Assembly (NCBI GenBank): GCA_024704765.1
Contig: JAKMXF010000137.1
Span: 1-32,960, forward strand
Origin: Oopsacas minuta
Lineage: Eukaryota; Animalia; Porifera
Length of the DNA: 32,960 bases
Reading direction: 5' to 3'
A program made the position numbers and the translations under genes. Positions 32,815 to 32,960 of the stretch are shown here, in pieces (positions within the stretch are counted from its first letter, which is position 1; each line of letters opens with the position of its first letter). The notes under the pieces were generated by a model, which saw only the letters and a list, made by a program, of their open reading frames with translations, was not told the origin of the DNA and made no database searches.

Positions 32815-32960
32815 CAGTAGAACTCGGATAAGACGTACTCGGCTTAAGACGTACACTCGGTTAAGACGTACTCGGCTTAAGACGTACACTCGGTTAAGAC
32901 GTACTATTTCTTATATCCCAAAATATCAGTCATCACTATTTGTAATGCAAACATATTCGG
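32815..32960 (+). mobile_element. pogo/Tigger-like element left end with subterminal tandem repeats, running off the window
   Basis: TA|CAGTAGAACTCGG followed by five 15-17-bp ACTCGG..TAAGACGT units. Confidence 0.7.

Overview
This is AT-rich, compact animal genomic DNA with GT-AG introns and mostly intron-poor genes. The gene families and architecture resemble a sponge, possibly a glass sponge; that assignment is inference only. I found no prokaryotic system, rRNA, tRNA or CRISPR array. Intact or partial genes: a KIAA0930/DUF2045 gene (2 exons), a divergent FEM1-like ankyrin protein, two paralogous TRAF-like genes, DMAC1/DUF4536, a PTH2 peptidyl-tRNA hydrolase, a coiled-coil + NHL propeller protein, a TM2-domain protein, a 4-exon cathepsin L and a Sulfotransfer_2 carbohydrate sulfotransferase. 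Three decayed loci are missed or only fragmentarily captured by the ORF track: a TXNDC12/AGR-like pseudogene, an intron-retaining RPL12 pseudogene split by a hAT element, and a HIRAN-like + pogo transposase relic. Intergenic DNA and introns contain many MITEs (hAT with 8-bp TSDs, pogo/Tigger-like with TA TSDs, foldbacks). The strongest novelty candidate is the TRAF-like pair. Each has a predicted transmembrane helix between the N-terminal coiled coil (preceded by TRAF zinc fingers in the more complete copy) and a C-terminal MATH-like domain, a heptad stalk of variable length, and a sharply localised hypervariable patch. This architecture suggests a receptor-like TRAF family. An assembly gap (9051-9647) and single Ns (2635, 14912, 29330) limit interpretation.
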